64,000 nt of DNA from Gammaproteobacteria bacterium (GCA_002730035.1 PBYU01000016.1:126098-190097), one strand, 5' to 3'. Counted from the first letter of the stretch, positions 9,466 through 18,705 are shown. The notes: generated by a model from the sequence alone, not told the origin. Translations and numbers: made by a program.

Positions 9466-10911
9466 ATGCGGGTCAATTGGAAGACGTACAATCCGGGCGA
9501 GTTTTTTGATGAGTTAATCAGTAGTCCTGGTTATGCGCGTAAGCCTGCCAGGCGTTTGGCCAGTTATCTGCGTTCGCTGACCCATGAAGAACTGTTAGAG
9601 AAAAAAACCGCGGCCGAGCTTGCTATCAAGACTATGGGTATTTCGTTCACGGTCTATAGCGATGCAGGTAATATCGATCGAGAATGGCCTTTCGATATCA
9701 TTCCGCGAGTCATCGCTCAGAAGGAATGGGATCAGACCAACCGTGGACTCAAGCAACGGCTCAGGGCGCTTAATTGTTTTATTCATGACATCTACAACGA
9801 TCAGAAGGTTTTTAAGGACAAGCTGATTCCCCGTGAGTTGATTCTGAATTCAGGAAACTTTCGCAAGCAGTGCGTTGGTGTTAAACCCAAATTTGATGTC
9901 TGGGCGCATATTTGTGGGACGGATCTGATAAAGGATACCGACGGCAAGTTTTACGTGCTGGAAGATAATCTTCGTGTTCCTTCGGGTGTTTCGTACATGC
10001 TGGAGAACCGCCGGGTTACCAAGCGGGTCTTTCCTGAGTTGTTTGAAAATTACTACGACATTCAACCGGTTACCGAATATCCGGCACAGCTCCTGGAAAC
10101 GCTGTCTGCTATTTCGCCGCGTAAACTCGACTCCCCTGAAGTAGTAGTCCTGACCCCGGGGATATTTAATTCAGCCTATTTCGAGCATTCTTATCTGGCA
10201 CAACGCATGGGTGCCGAACTGGTAGAGGGGGGTGATCTGGTCGTTGAGAAAGACAAGGTCTTCATGCGCACGATCGACGGTCTGTCGCAGGTGGATGTCA
10301 TTTACCGTCGCATCGATGATCTGTTTCTCGATCCGGAGGCGTTCAACAAGGATTCAGTGCTGGGTGTCAGCGGTCTCTTCAAGTCCTGGTTGAAAGGCAA
10401 CGTAGCCCTTGCTAATGCGCCGGGTGCCGGTGTTGCGGACGATAAGATTATCTACACCTACGTTCCCGAGATCATCAAGTACTATCTTGATGAGGATCCG
10501 ATTCTACCCAATGTCCCCAGCTTTCTCTGTGTGGATCGGAAACAACGTCAACATGTGCTGCAGAATCTTGACAAGCTGGTTATTAAACCGGCCAACGAAT
10601 CGGGTGGTTATGGCATGCTGATTGGTCCTCAGGCGAGCAAGAAAGAACTCGCCGAGTTTGCCCGCCGAATCAAGGCGGACCCGCGTAATTATATGGCACA
10701 ACCCCTGATAGCACTTTCGACGGTACCGGTACTTGGAGAGCGGGTCGTGGAACCGAGGCATGTGGATTTAAGGCCTTTCGTGCTGCAGGCGGACAAGTCC
10801 TATGTGACTGCCGGTGGGCTTACACGGGTAGCGATGGTGAAGGGTTCATACGTGGTAAATTCTTCCCAGGGTGGTGGCAGCAAGGACACCTGGATTATAG
10901 GAGACAACTAG
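9466..10911 (+). CDS. Circularly permuted type-2 ATP-grasp protein
   Basis: Typical length and motifs of this family (GTDLIKDTDGKFYVLEDNLRVPSGVSYMLENR, NAPGAGVADDK, VIKPANESGGYGM). It is followed by an alpha-E gene. Confidence 0.85.
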   Translation: MRVNWKTYNPGEFFDELISSPGYARKPARRLASYLRSLTHEELLEKKTAAELAIKTMGISFTVYSDAGNIDREWPFDIIPRVIAQKEWDQTNRGLKQRLRALNCFIHDIYNDQKVFKDKLIPRELILNSGNFRKQCVGVKPKFDVWAHICGTDLIKDTDGKFYVLEDNLRVPSGVSYMLENRRVTKRVFPELFENYYDIQPVTEYPAQLLETLSAISPRKLDSPEVVVLTPGIFNSAYFEHSYLAQRMGAELVEGGDLVVEKDKVFMRTIDGLSQVDVIYRRIDDLFLDPEAFNKDSVLGVSGLFKSWLKGNVALANAPGAGVADDKIIYTYVPEIIKYYLDEDPILPNVPSFLCVDRKQRQHVLQNLDKLVIKPANESGGYGMLIGPQASKKELAEFARRIKADPRNYMAQPLIALSTVPVLGERVVEPRHVDLRPFVLQADKSYVTAGGLTRVAMVKGSYVVNSSQGGGSKDTWIIGDN

Positions 10912-10933
10912 CTCACGGGAGCTTGTGGCGGAT

Positions 10934-11884
10934 ATGTTGTTATCTCGAGTTGCAGAGCGCGTTTACTGGCAGGCCCGATATCTGGAGCGGGTCGAGAACA
11001 CCGCGCGACTGCTGAATGTATTCTCCGGATTGTTGCTTGACCTGCCATCCGGGACCAAGCTGGGTTGGCATACTCTGGTACAGATTACCGGGACCGAGGC
11101 GCTGTTCGACTCCAGTCACAAGCAGGCCAGCGAACGTAGTGTAGTTCGCTTTCTCCTGTCTGAGAAAAATGGATATTCGATTCTCGATCTACTGGCATTG
11201 ACTCGGGAGAACGCACGTACGACCCGGGAGATTATGCCGACGGAGGCGTTCGAGCAGATAAATAACCTGTATTTCTTCGCCAGGGAAAATGTCAATCAGG
11301 GTGTAAGTCGGGGTTCACGTTATGAATTTCTGGAGACCGTTATTGCATCCTGTCAGCAGATTTCCGGATTAATGGCAGGAACCATGAGTCGAGACGCCGC
11401 CTATAGTTTCGTGCGTCTCGGCAGATCCCTGGAGCGAGCCGACATGACCACCCGCATTGTCGATGTTGGTTCAGGCAATCTGTTGCCTTCATTAAGCGGT
11501 AAGGCTACCGAATCGGAAGCAATTGAGCCCTATGAAAATATACTGTGGATGAATATTCTGAGGTCCCAGAGCGCCTACCAGATGTATCGACAGCATGTGC
11601 GTTACCGAATTAACGCTGAAGATGTGGTGAAGTTTCTGTTACAGAGTGAAGAATTTCCCAGGGCTACCGCACACAACCTGACTACACTCACCAAAGTACT
11701 GGATCGCCTGCCTAACAATAACAAAGTAGCCAGGCAGGTAAACAAAACCAAGCGAATGGTGCGTCAGGGAAATATCGAGGAGATGCTGAGCCAGGGATTG
11801 TTGCAATTCATCGATGAACTGCAGATTGAAATAGCTGCCATTCATCACATGATTGCAGCGACCTGGTTCCTGCCCAATAAGTAA
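10934..11884 (+). CDS. Alpha-E domain protein
   Basis: The N-terminus MLLSRVAERVYWQARYLERVEN is the hallmark alpha-E start. An alternative GTG start lies at 10925. Confidence 0.8.
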   Translation: MLLSRVAERVYWQARYLERVENTARLLNVFSGLLLDLPSGTKLGWHTLVQITGTEALFDSSHKQASERSVVRFLLSEKNGYSILDLLALTRENARTTREIMPTEAFEQINNLYFFARENVNQGVSRGSRYEFLETVIASCQQISGLMAGTMSRDAAYSFVRLGRSLERADMTTRIVDVGSGNLLPSLSGKATESEAIEPYENILWMNILRSQSAYQMYRQHVRYRINAEDVVKFLLQSEEFPRATAHNLTTLTKVLDRLPNNNKVARQVNKTKRMVRQGNIEEMLSQGLLQFIDELQIEIAAIHHMIAATWFLPNK

Positions 11885-11887
11885 GCG

Positions 11888-12865
11888 ATGAAGAATTTTA
11901 CCTGCAGTTGTGGTCAGACCCTGTTCTTTGAGAACACACGTTGTTTGCACTGTGGGTGTCAGACAGGTTTTGATCCGTCGGATTTTCAGATGCACACCAT
12001 ACCGGACCATCCCGGTAAGCGACTGTGCAAAAATTCAATAGATTTCGATGTGTGTAACTGGGTCGTTACCAGGCCAAAATCCAGTTACTGTGTTTCCTGC
12101 GAATTGAATCACACCATACCCAACCTCATTCAGGCGCATCGGCGTCGCTGGTGGAAGAGTCTCGAACATGCCAAGCGTCGACTAATCTACTCGCTGCTCT
12201 CTCTACAACTGCCCATTATTGGCAGCAAGCAAGAAGTTGGTGGGCTGGCTTTCGAATTTATCGAGGACAAACGCACCAATCCTGAAGTTTTCGAAGAACA
12301 TGTAAACACGGGACACGATAACGGCTTGATCACTATTAATATCGCTGAAGCGGATTGTGTCAGTAGAGAAATTACTCGGCAATATACTGGCGAATTGTAT
12401 CGCACATTGTTAGGGCATTTTCGCCATGAGAGTGGTCATTACTTTTTTACACGATTAGTCACCAGTGAATCAATAGTGAATGATTTCCGAATTCTATTTG
12501 GCGACGAGAGACAAGATTATTCAGTAGCACTGCGGAATTACTACGCTAACAAATCATCGATGGTAAGAGATCCCGAGCTGATCAGCCACTACGCCCAGGC
12601 GCATCCGCTGGAGGACTGGGCGGAAGTCTGGTCTCATTACCTGCACATGGTGGATACGTTGGAAACGGCGGCAGAATTCAATGTACAACACGGATCTACT
12701 CAATTGGACAACATAGATCAGATGTTATCAAAATGGTCTGGATTATCGATAATGCTGAATTCACTCAACAGGAGTATGGGGCTGGAGGATGCTTATCCGT
12801 TCGTTCTTTCGGAGCTGGCGCTCAGGAAGCTCCGCTTCGTTCACGGCCTGATTTATCCCAGTTAG
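11888..12865 (+). CDS. Zinc-ribbon plus putative zinc-binding metallopeptidase (zincin-like) protein
   Basis: It has an N-terminal CxC..CxxC ribbon (CSCGQTLFFENTRCLHCGC). An HExxH motif is present (FRHESGHYFF), followed by EDWAEVWSHYLH. Confidence 0.7.
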   Translation: MKNFTCSCGQTLFFENTRCLHCGCQTGFDPSDFQMHTIPDHPGKRLCKNSIDFDVCNWVVTRPKSSYCVSCELNHTIPNLIQAHRRRWWKSLEHAKRRLIYSLLSLQLPIIGSKQEVGGLAFEFIEDKRTNPEVFEEHVNTGHDNGLITINIAEADCVSREITRQYTGELYRTLLGHFRHESGHYFFTRLVTSESIVNDFRILFGDERQDYSVALRNYYANKSSMVRDPELISHYAQAHPLEDWAEVWSHYLHMVDTLETAAEFNVQHGSTQLDNIDQMLSKWSGLSIMLNSLNRSMGLEDAYPFVLSELALRKLRFVHGLIYPS

Positions 12866-13580
12866 CAGCCCAGGATATGGGTGGCATCTGTCGGAATGCA
12901 TCCTTCAGTCGCTGGTCCCAACTGCGTTTTAGATCACGTAGGAAATCACTGTCAGCATCAAACCGGTGCGGTGTATCAAGCACCAGGCTGTTGGTCTTGT
13001 AGATCAGAGCCTCGATTGGTGGTCCGACACTCAAGTTACTGCGTAGAGTTGAATCCATGGAAACCAGGGCGCACATGGCGCAAGTGTCCAGATTCAGATC
13101 GGGTGTCAGGATTCTGTCCAGGATAGGTTTGCCGTACTTGCTCTCACCAATCTGCAGATAGGGCGTATCGCCAGATGTGGTGATGTGATTTCCTTCGGGA
13201 TAAACAAGAATAATTTCATGCTGAGCATCCCCGATCTGTCCTCCAACGATGAAGCTGGCTTCAAATTTTTTCCCTTCGACTGTGTGTTTGTCCTGTTGCT
13301 CACGGCTGATATTGCCTATGTAGTCGGCAGCATCTTCAACACTACGCATGTTGAGCAGATTTTCCTGCGCGTGGGCTTTAATGTCATTCTTGATCTTGCC
13401 GATGGTCGCCTGGGAGGTGGCCAGATTGCCTGCAGTGAGAATGACAAACTGCTTTTCGCCGTCGAGCCCGAAGCGAAACATCTTGGAATAGGTGGAAACC
13501 TGATCAATACCTGCGTTGGTTAAAGAATCTGAGCAGAAGACCATTCCTGCATCTACAGATACCGCTACACAATAGGTCAT
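12822..13580 (-). CDS. Anbu-type proteasome-like Ntn peptidase
   Basis: It starts MTYCVAVSVDAGMVFCSDSLTNAG, so Thr follows the initiator Met as in Ntn hydrolases. It has a proteasome beta-like length and is linked to ATP-grasp and alpha-E genes. Confidence 0.8.
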   Translation of the reverse strand: MTYCVAVSVDAGMVFCSDSLTNAGIDQVSTYSKMFRFGLDGEKQFVILTAGNLATSQATIGKIKNDIKAHAQENLLNMRSVEDAADYIGNISREQQDKHTVEGKKFEASFIVGGQIGDAQHEIILVYPEGNHITTSGDTPYLQIGESKYGKPILDRILTPDLNLDTCAMCALVSMDSTLRSNLSVGPPIEALIYKTNSLVLDTPHRFDADSDFLRDLKRSWDQRLKDAFRQMPPISWAANWDKSGRERSGAS

Positions 13581-13721
13581 TTCAATACCGTATGAGGGAC
13601 AAGCGCTAAATCATACTAAGTATCGATTGGAGTGGGTAGGATTAAATCAAGCTATTTTTCGAGAAGGGCAAGGCCACGGTTCTGTTGGGTCACAGCGTAA
13701 TTTCCACCGCATATTGGCTCC

Positions 13722-13738
13722 CTTGTTCAGAGGATCCC
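13722..13738 (+). repeat. Copy 1 (17 nt, one mismatch) of the conserved motif CTTGTTCAGAGGGTCCC
   Basis: The sequence CTTGTTCAGAGGATCCC lies 6 nt from the stop of the minus-strand ORF 13744-13968. Compare the copies at 19128 and 38211. Confidence 0.5.
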
Positions 13739-13743
13739 CCGAA

Positions 13744-13968
13744 CTACTGAAAACTGTCGGGTAGCTCGTCCAGTTCGTCGAAGTCAAATAGCAGATCGAT
13801 CCGCTTGCAGTCTAAGCGTTCTTCTATGCGTCTGCGCAACTCGGTAAAATGCGATTTATCGGATGAGGAGACGACTTTCAGATCAGGCTCTTCTTCCGGC
13901 AAGATGGCAGTTGTTTCTATGAATTCTCTACTATCCTCGAAGGAGTCATCCCATTTCTGCTCTTTCAT
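13744..13968 (-). CDS. Small acidic hypothetical protein
   Basis: 74-aa ORF, strongly acidic, with an RRRIEERLD...FDFDELDEL tail. No confident family assignment. Confidence 0.45.
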   Translation of the reverse strand: MKEQKWDDSFEDSREFIETTAILPEEEPDLKVVSSSDKSHFTELRRRIEERLDCKRIDLLFDFDELDELPDSFQ

Positions 13969-14161
13969 GGCGCCTCTCTCTGGTTTCGGCCTAATGAGTT
14001 GGTCTGGGTATTTCCTGTGTCATGCAATTTTGGAAAAGGCTGCTTTTTACAGTGCCTAATAGTCTTATCGTGAGGCAGGGGATGAATCTTCAATAAAAAA
14101 TGTCACAGCAATCCAATGCTGCAGCCTGACAGGCCAGCGACCGAGACTGGAGAGTTCTCGA

Positions 14162-15925
14162 TTATTCGGAGGCTTGGGGATCCGCTGTTTGTAGCTGTTC
14201 GATAGCCTGTTGGCGGAGTTGCTTCTTGGCAATCTTACCGGCGGCAATTCGGGGCAGTTGTTCATGCTGAAAAAAGAGTCGCATGGGAATCTTGAAGCTG
14301 GCGATCCTGGTTTTCAGATATTCCTGCAGGTCTTGGCTTTGTACGCTGTGGTCTTTTTTCAGCATGACCGTGGCGCAGGGCACTTCGCCAAGGCGTTCAT
14401 CCGGGATGCCGTAAACCGACACTTCGCTCACAGCGGGGTGTTCGCTGATGGCATATTCCACTTCGGCACAGCCGATATTTTCGCCGCCGCGAATGACAAT
14501 ATCCTTGGCCCGGTCGAGAATGATCAGGAAACCGAGATTATCAAGCTTGCCGATATCTCCGCTGTAGAACCAGCCGTTCTTGAGTACTTCGGCTGTAGCT
14601 TCTGGTTGATTCCAGTAACCCTGCATTATGGTTGGTCCCCTGATGCATATCTCTCCGACATCTCCGGCTTCCAGGACATTGTCCTGCTCATCTACTATCT
14701 GCACACTGGTAACCGGCGCAGTGGGCCGACCCGTGCTATCGGGTTTGGCTGCATAAATTTTGCCAGTGATGATGGCGCCAATAGCATTGGTCTCGGTCAG
14801 TCCGTATCCGAGGCCTGGAATCGCCACCTCAGGAAATTTTTGCAGCATCAAAGCGAGATGCCCTGGCGGACGTGGGGCTCCGCCACTCTGCACAGCGCGC
14901 AGGCTGCTGACGTCGGTGCTGTCAAATTTCGAGGAATGCATGATCTCCCAGGTCATGGTGGGAACGCCATGGAAAACCGAAATACGTTCCCGTTCGATCA
15001 ACTCCAGGGCCTGTTCTGTATTCCATTTGTACATCATCACGAACTTTCTCAGATAGGAAAAACTGGCCAGGAATTGAGCATGGCTGCCGGTGACGTGAAA
15101 CAGGGGAACATTGGCGAGAATGGCCGGCTGATACTCCGGGTTTTCTTCCACCAGTTCCGGCCTGAAAATTTCGCCAATTTCCTTGACGAATTTCCAGGTG
15201 TAGAGTGCGTTGATGATGTTGCGGTGGCTGGATAGCACACCCTTCGCCATGCCCGTGGAACCGGAGGTATACATGATCGACGCACTGTCCTCAGGCATTA
15301 TATTCTGAGCAGCGACTTCGGCATTCGATAGCGGTTCCACGTTGCGAAGCAAGCTGTAAAACTCCGGCAAGTCTGTGTTGATTTGCGGTTTTATCAGCAC
15401 GATTGCGATATCGAGTGCTTGCTTACAGGTCGAGAGTTGCTGGAAGCGCGCCTCATCGACGAATACTAACTTGCTGCCACTGTCTTTAAGGCCGTACTCC
15501 AGTTCGGCACTTTGCCACCAGGAGTTCATCGGTACCACGATAGCGCCCAACAAGGTCGTGGCCATATAGGCGATGCACCACTCGGGTGAGTTGCGCGCAC
15601 ACACCGCAACGCTATCACCTTTTGTTATAGCGTAGTTGTCTTGAAGGACGCGCGCCAGGCGTCGGGCCATGTCGTGGGTTTGTTTGAAGCTGTAGCGTTC
15701 TTGCTGGTAGACCAGGAAGGTCTCATCTGCCTGTTCCAGCGACAGGTCATAGAGTTCCCCCAGGTTATGGGGCACATTGCTGAACACATCGTATTGCTGA
15801 CCGTTTATCGTCTCACAATGAGTGGCCAGCGGTGAGCCCGGTGCCTTGTGTGCAACGGCTATTTCCCCGAGCACCTCCAACTCCTGAAGGATTGCCTCAT
15901 CGCTTAACTTTCCATCGTCTGACAT
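14162..15925 (-). CDS. AMP-dependent acyl-CoA synthetase/ligase (long-chain-fatty-acid-CoA ligase-like)
   Basis: Adenylate-forming motifs are present: YTSGSTGMAKGV, YGLTET, GWFYSGDIG, RGGENI, and a terminal GKIAKK. Confidence 0.9.
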   Translation of the reverse strand: MSDDGKLSDEAILQELEVLGEIAVAHKAPGSPLATHCETINGQQYDVFSNVPHNLGELYDLSLEQADETFLVYQQERYSFKQTHDMARRLARVLQDNYAITKGDSVAVCARNSPEWCIAYMATTLLGAIVVPMNSWWQSAELEYGLKDSGSKLVFVDEARFQQLSTCKQALDIAIVLIKPQINTDLPEFYSLLRNVEPLSNAEVAAQNIMPEDSASIMYTSGSTGMAKGVLSSHRNIINALYTWKFVKEIGEIFRPELVEENPEYQPAILANVPLFHVTGSHAQFLASFSYLRKFVMMYKWNTEQALELIERERISVFHGVPTMTWEIMHSSKFDSTDVSSLRAVQSGGAPRPPGHLALMLQKFPEVAIPGLGYGLTETNAIGAIITGKIYAAKPDSTGRPTAPVTSVQIVDEQDNVLEAGDVGEICIRGPTIMQGYWNQPEATAEVLKNGWFYSGDIGKLDNLGFLIILDRAKDIVIRGGENIGCAEVEYAISEHPAVSEVSVYGIPDERLGEVPCATVMLKKDHSVQSQDLQEYLKTRIASFKIPMRLFFQHEQLPRIAAGKIAKKQLRQQAIEQLQTADPQASE

Positions 15926-15934
15926 GGTACGCCG

Positions 15935-16918
15935 CTACTCTGCCTTGATCTCCAGCGTGACCTTGCCCATCACCTTGCGCTCGGTAAAGACATTAAACGC
16001 CGCTACGAAATCTTCCATCGGGAAGGACTTGGTGACAATCGGGTTCAATTTCCCTTCATCGTACATATTCAACAGTTGCTGAAAGTTATTTTCGTACTCG
16101 AGCGGTTCCTCTTTTCGGAAGCGCCCCAGAAAAACGCCTACCATGGATGATCCCTTTAACAGTGCGAGGTTGGCCTTATACTCGGGAATTCTTCCGCTGG
16201 TGAAACCGATGACCAACAGGCGGCCGTTCCAGTTAATACAGCGGCAACACTGGTCAAACAAATCGCCGCCGACGGGGTCGTAAATCACGTCGGCACCGCG
16301 GCCTGCGGTGAGCATCTTTACTTTTTCTTTAAGTTCATCGACGCTGTAGTTGATTACTTCGTCCGGGTTGAGATGTTTTACAAAGTCGAGTTTCTCATCA
16401 GAACTGGCGGCGGCGATGACCCGCGCACCCATCAGCTTGCCAAGCTCGACCGCAGCCAGACCAACGCCTCCACTGGCGCCCAGCACCAGAAGGGTCTCGC
16501 CGGGTTGAAGTTGGGCACGTTGTTTCAGGGCGTAGTAGGAAGTGGTATAGACCATGGCGAATCCAGCCGCGGCCTTGAAATCCATGCTGTCGGGAATCTT
16601 GCGTAGACCCTCTGCCTTGACGATGACCTGCTCTGCCAGCCCGCCAAGTCCCGGTGTAGCCATAACGCGGTCGCCCACCTTGAAACCTTCCAGGCCGGAA
16701 CCAATTGCCTTGATTACACCACTGACTTCCGAGCCGGGAGTAAACGGCAGAGGGGGCTGAAATTGGTATTTACCCTGAATCTGCAATCCATCAGGGAAGT
16801 TGAGTGACGCGGCAAAGACTTCCACCAAGGCTTCGTTGTCACCGGCAATCGGGTCCGCCACCTCCTCCAGAACCAAGTCTTCTGGCGGGCCGAGCGTCTT
16901 ACAAAGAACTGCTTTCAT
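15935..16918 (-). CDS. NADPH:quinone oxidoreductase (MDR/zeta-crystallin family)
   Basis: MDR fold with the nucleotide motif LVLGASGGVGLAAVELGK. It lies 9 nt downstream of the acyl-CoA synthetase gene on the same strand. Confidence 0.85.
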   Translation of the reverse strand: MKAVLCKTLGPPEDLVLEEVADPIAGDNEALVEVFAASLNFPDGLQIQGKYQFQPPLPFTPGSEVSGVIKAIGSGLEGFKVGDRVMATPGLGGLAEQVIVKAEGLRKIPDSMDFKAAAGFAMVYTTSYYALKQRAQLQPGETLLVLGASGGVGLAAVELGKLMGARVIAAASSDEKLDFVKHLNPDEVINYSVDELKEKVKMLTAGRGADVIYDPVGGDLFDQCCRCINWNGRLLVIGFTSGRIPEYKANLALLKGSSMVGVFLGRFRKEEPLEYENNFQQLLNMYDEGKLNPIVTKSFPMEDFVAAFNVFTERKVMGKVTLEIKAE

Positions 16919-17009
16919 GGGGGTGAATACTGTCTAAAGGAAGGCGGATTCAATCATGAAAACAGACTGACTTCAATTAATCTCGAGATTCAGGAATCGA
17001 GTGATATGA

Positions 17010-17067
17010 AGTTGTTGTAGAAGCAGCATGAAGTTGTTTTAGAAGCGGAGTGCAGTTGTTGTAGAAG
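17010..17067. repeat. Three direct copies of AGTTGTTKTAGAAG at 22-bp spacing in a divergent promoter region
   Basis: The core occurs at 17010-17023, 17032-17045 and 17054-17067. It sits between the minus-strand start at 16918 and the plus-strand start at 17118. Confidence 0.7.
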
Positions 17068-17117
17068 AATCAAAGCAGTATATTGGCAGTCCGCTTTAGG
17101 ACTCACCAGATTATTCC

Positions 17118-17915
17118 ATGAACGAACTTACAAGACAGGCCTATCTCGAGGCTATGGGAATCCAGGTGGTTTACCCAAGGATTGCCTTACCGGGGGCCAG
17201 ACAATCGCCGCACTACGAGCTGTCTGCAGCATCACCGGTCGAAGTTGTTAGGGAGGCAATACGCAGGCCGATTGAAGGTGTCACGTCTGTCGCGTCTCTG
17301 CCGCCGCCCACCGTCAATGCGACTAGCACCGAGGACGATCAAGCCGCGACGGATGCGCTACCGCAATCTGCTGCAGAGACATCGGAAGTGGCGGCCGACA
17401 CACTCAAGTTCAGCCTGCGATACTATCGGATCAACGAGCAATTTGCGGTTATCGACGAATTGCCCCACGCTCAATCCGGCAATGGCAACGAAGACAAGCT
17501 AAGCTTGTTGCGCAATATTCTGCTCGCGCTGAATATCGATACCGATGCCTGTAACTTCGCCTATGAGTCTTTCGACTGGCCGCTCATCCAGGGGCTGCCT
17601 GTCGAGACCGAACCCAGCCTGGCCGCCCGACAAGCACTGGGTGGTTTCATTGCCATGCGGAAAAGACTTGATGGGTTTGACAACTTGCTGGTGTTTGCCG
17701 GGCAGATCGATGCTTTGTTGCTAAGATCCACAAAAAAAGCCGAGCAAAGAGACTACCTGGTCAAAGTTGAAGATTATCATCTCACCATAACCAGCAGCCT
17801 ACAGGCAATGCTGTCTTTTCCTATGCTTAAGAAAGAAGTATGGCAACGACTGCAGCCGCTGAGGCAGCGATTACGCATTGCGGCCGCTGAGGCCAGTCCT
17901 TCCGATTCGAGTTAA
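17118..17915 (+). CDS. Hypothetical protein, possibly a long-form DNA polymerase III psi subunit (HolD-like)
   Basis: The N-terminus RQAYLEAMGIQVVYPRIALPGA resembles E. coli HolD (WQLQQLGITQWSLRRPGALQG). It lies immediately upstream of rimI, as holD does in E. coli. The middle region is low-complexity. Confidence 0.5.
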   Translation: MNELTRQAYLEAMGIQVVYPRIALPGARQSPHYELSAASPVEVVREAIRRPIEGVTSVASLPPPTVNATSTEDDQAATDALPQSAAETSEVAADTLKFSLRYYRINEQFAVIDELPHAQSGNGNEDKLSLLRNILLALNIDTDACNFAYESFDWPLIQGLPVETEPSLAARQALGGFIAMRKRLDGFDNLLVFAGQIDALLLRSTKKAEQRDYLVKVEDYHLTITSSLQAMLSFPMLKKEVWQRLQPLRQRLRIAAAEASPSDSS

Positions 17916-17992
17916 ATTTCGCTCCTCACAAAACCCTGCCTACTTTGCCGACTCCCAGTTCATCTCCCCAAACCCAGTTCTTTGCCAGAAAC

Positions 17993-18424
17993 ATGCGCAA
18001 CAGTGACCTCGAGCTGGTGGTTCAGAATGAGAAGGCTGCCTACGAGCACCCCTGGACCAAGCGAATTTTTATCGACTGCCTGCGAGCTGGCTACCAGTGC
18101 TGGGTACTGGCGAATAAACAGCAGATTGTCGCGCACGGAGTCATGTCTGTTGCCCTCGGCGAATGTCATTTACTGACCTTGTGTGTGCGTCCCGATTACC
18201 AGCGGCAGGGATTCGGTCGCAAGCTCTTCAATTTACTGCTGGATCGTGCCTACAAGCTGGATGCTCTGGAGTGTTTTCTGGAGGTTAGATCCACTAACGA
18301 CGGGGCGATAACATTGTATCGGTCGATGGGCTTTACACAGATCGGTGAACAAAAGAATTACTACCCGGGCGGCAAGGGTAGGGAAGACGCGATTATCATG
18401 TCCCGCAGTTTGCCACCTCCCTAA
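17993..18424 (+). CDS. rimI: Ribosomal-protein-alanine N-acetyltransferase
   Basis: It aligns with E. coli RimI throughout (EHPWTKRIF, LLTLCVRPDYQRQGFGRKL, LEVRSTNDGAITLYRSMGF, KNYYP..GREDAIIM). I chose the ATG at 17993. Confidence 0.85.
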   Translation: MRNSDLELVVQNEKAAYEHPWTKRIFIDCLRAGYQCWVLANKQQIVAHGVMSVALGECHLLTLCVRPDYQRQGFGRKLFNLLLDRAYKLDALECFLEVRSTNDGAITLYRSMGFTQIGEQKNYYPGGKGREDAIIMSRSLPPP

Positions 18425-18705
18425 TTGAGTCGATCTTCATCGTCATCGAAATGTGATATTTTCTGCACTGCGGCGGCGAGCAGCTTGATGACAACGGTCA
18501 GCAACCCAGCCGCCAGAATTATGCTGCCCAACATCAGCACTGTGCTCAGCAATATGTTGAGCATTTCCTGTAGCGAAATGTCTTGCCACAGTGACAGACC
18601 CCACAGGCAAAGCGCGGCTATGCCAATTCCCGCCACAGCGGCGGCGGTCTTCTTACGAACGTTTAGCAGCGAAAAGATCAAAATCGGGCCTGTTTGCTGA
18701 GTCAC
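18421..18705 (-). CDS. Small hypothetical membrane protein
   Basis: 94-aa ORF with two or three hydrophobic helices. It overlaps the upstream gene's end, so the start is uncertain. Confidence 0.35.
   Translation of the reverse strand: MTQQTGPILIFSLLNVRKKTAAAVAGIGIAALCLWGLSLWQDISLQEMLNILLSTVLMLGSIILAAGLLTVVIKLLAAAVQKISHFDDDEDRLN

Noticed and set aside
14210-15235. 341-aa ORF antisense to the acyl-CoA synthetase gene. Similar long antisense ORFs occur at 4377-4994, 28717-29130, 32122-32835, 42893-43330, 48798-49307, 51602-52075, 52056-52553 and 53097-53522.
   Set aside because: They lie fully inside genes with strong family signatures on the other strand. Their translations are low-complexity or Arg/Ser/Gly-rich with no recognisable motifs. 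This is typical of shadow ORFs.
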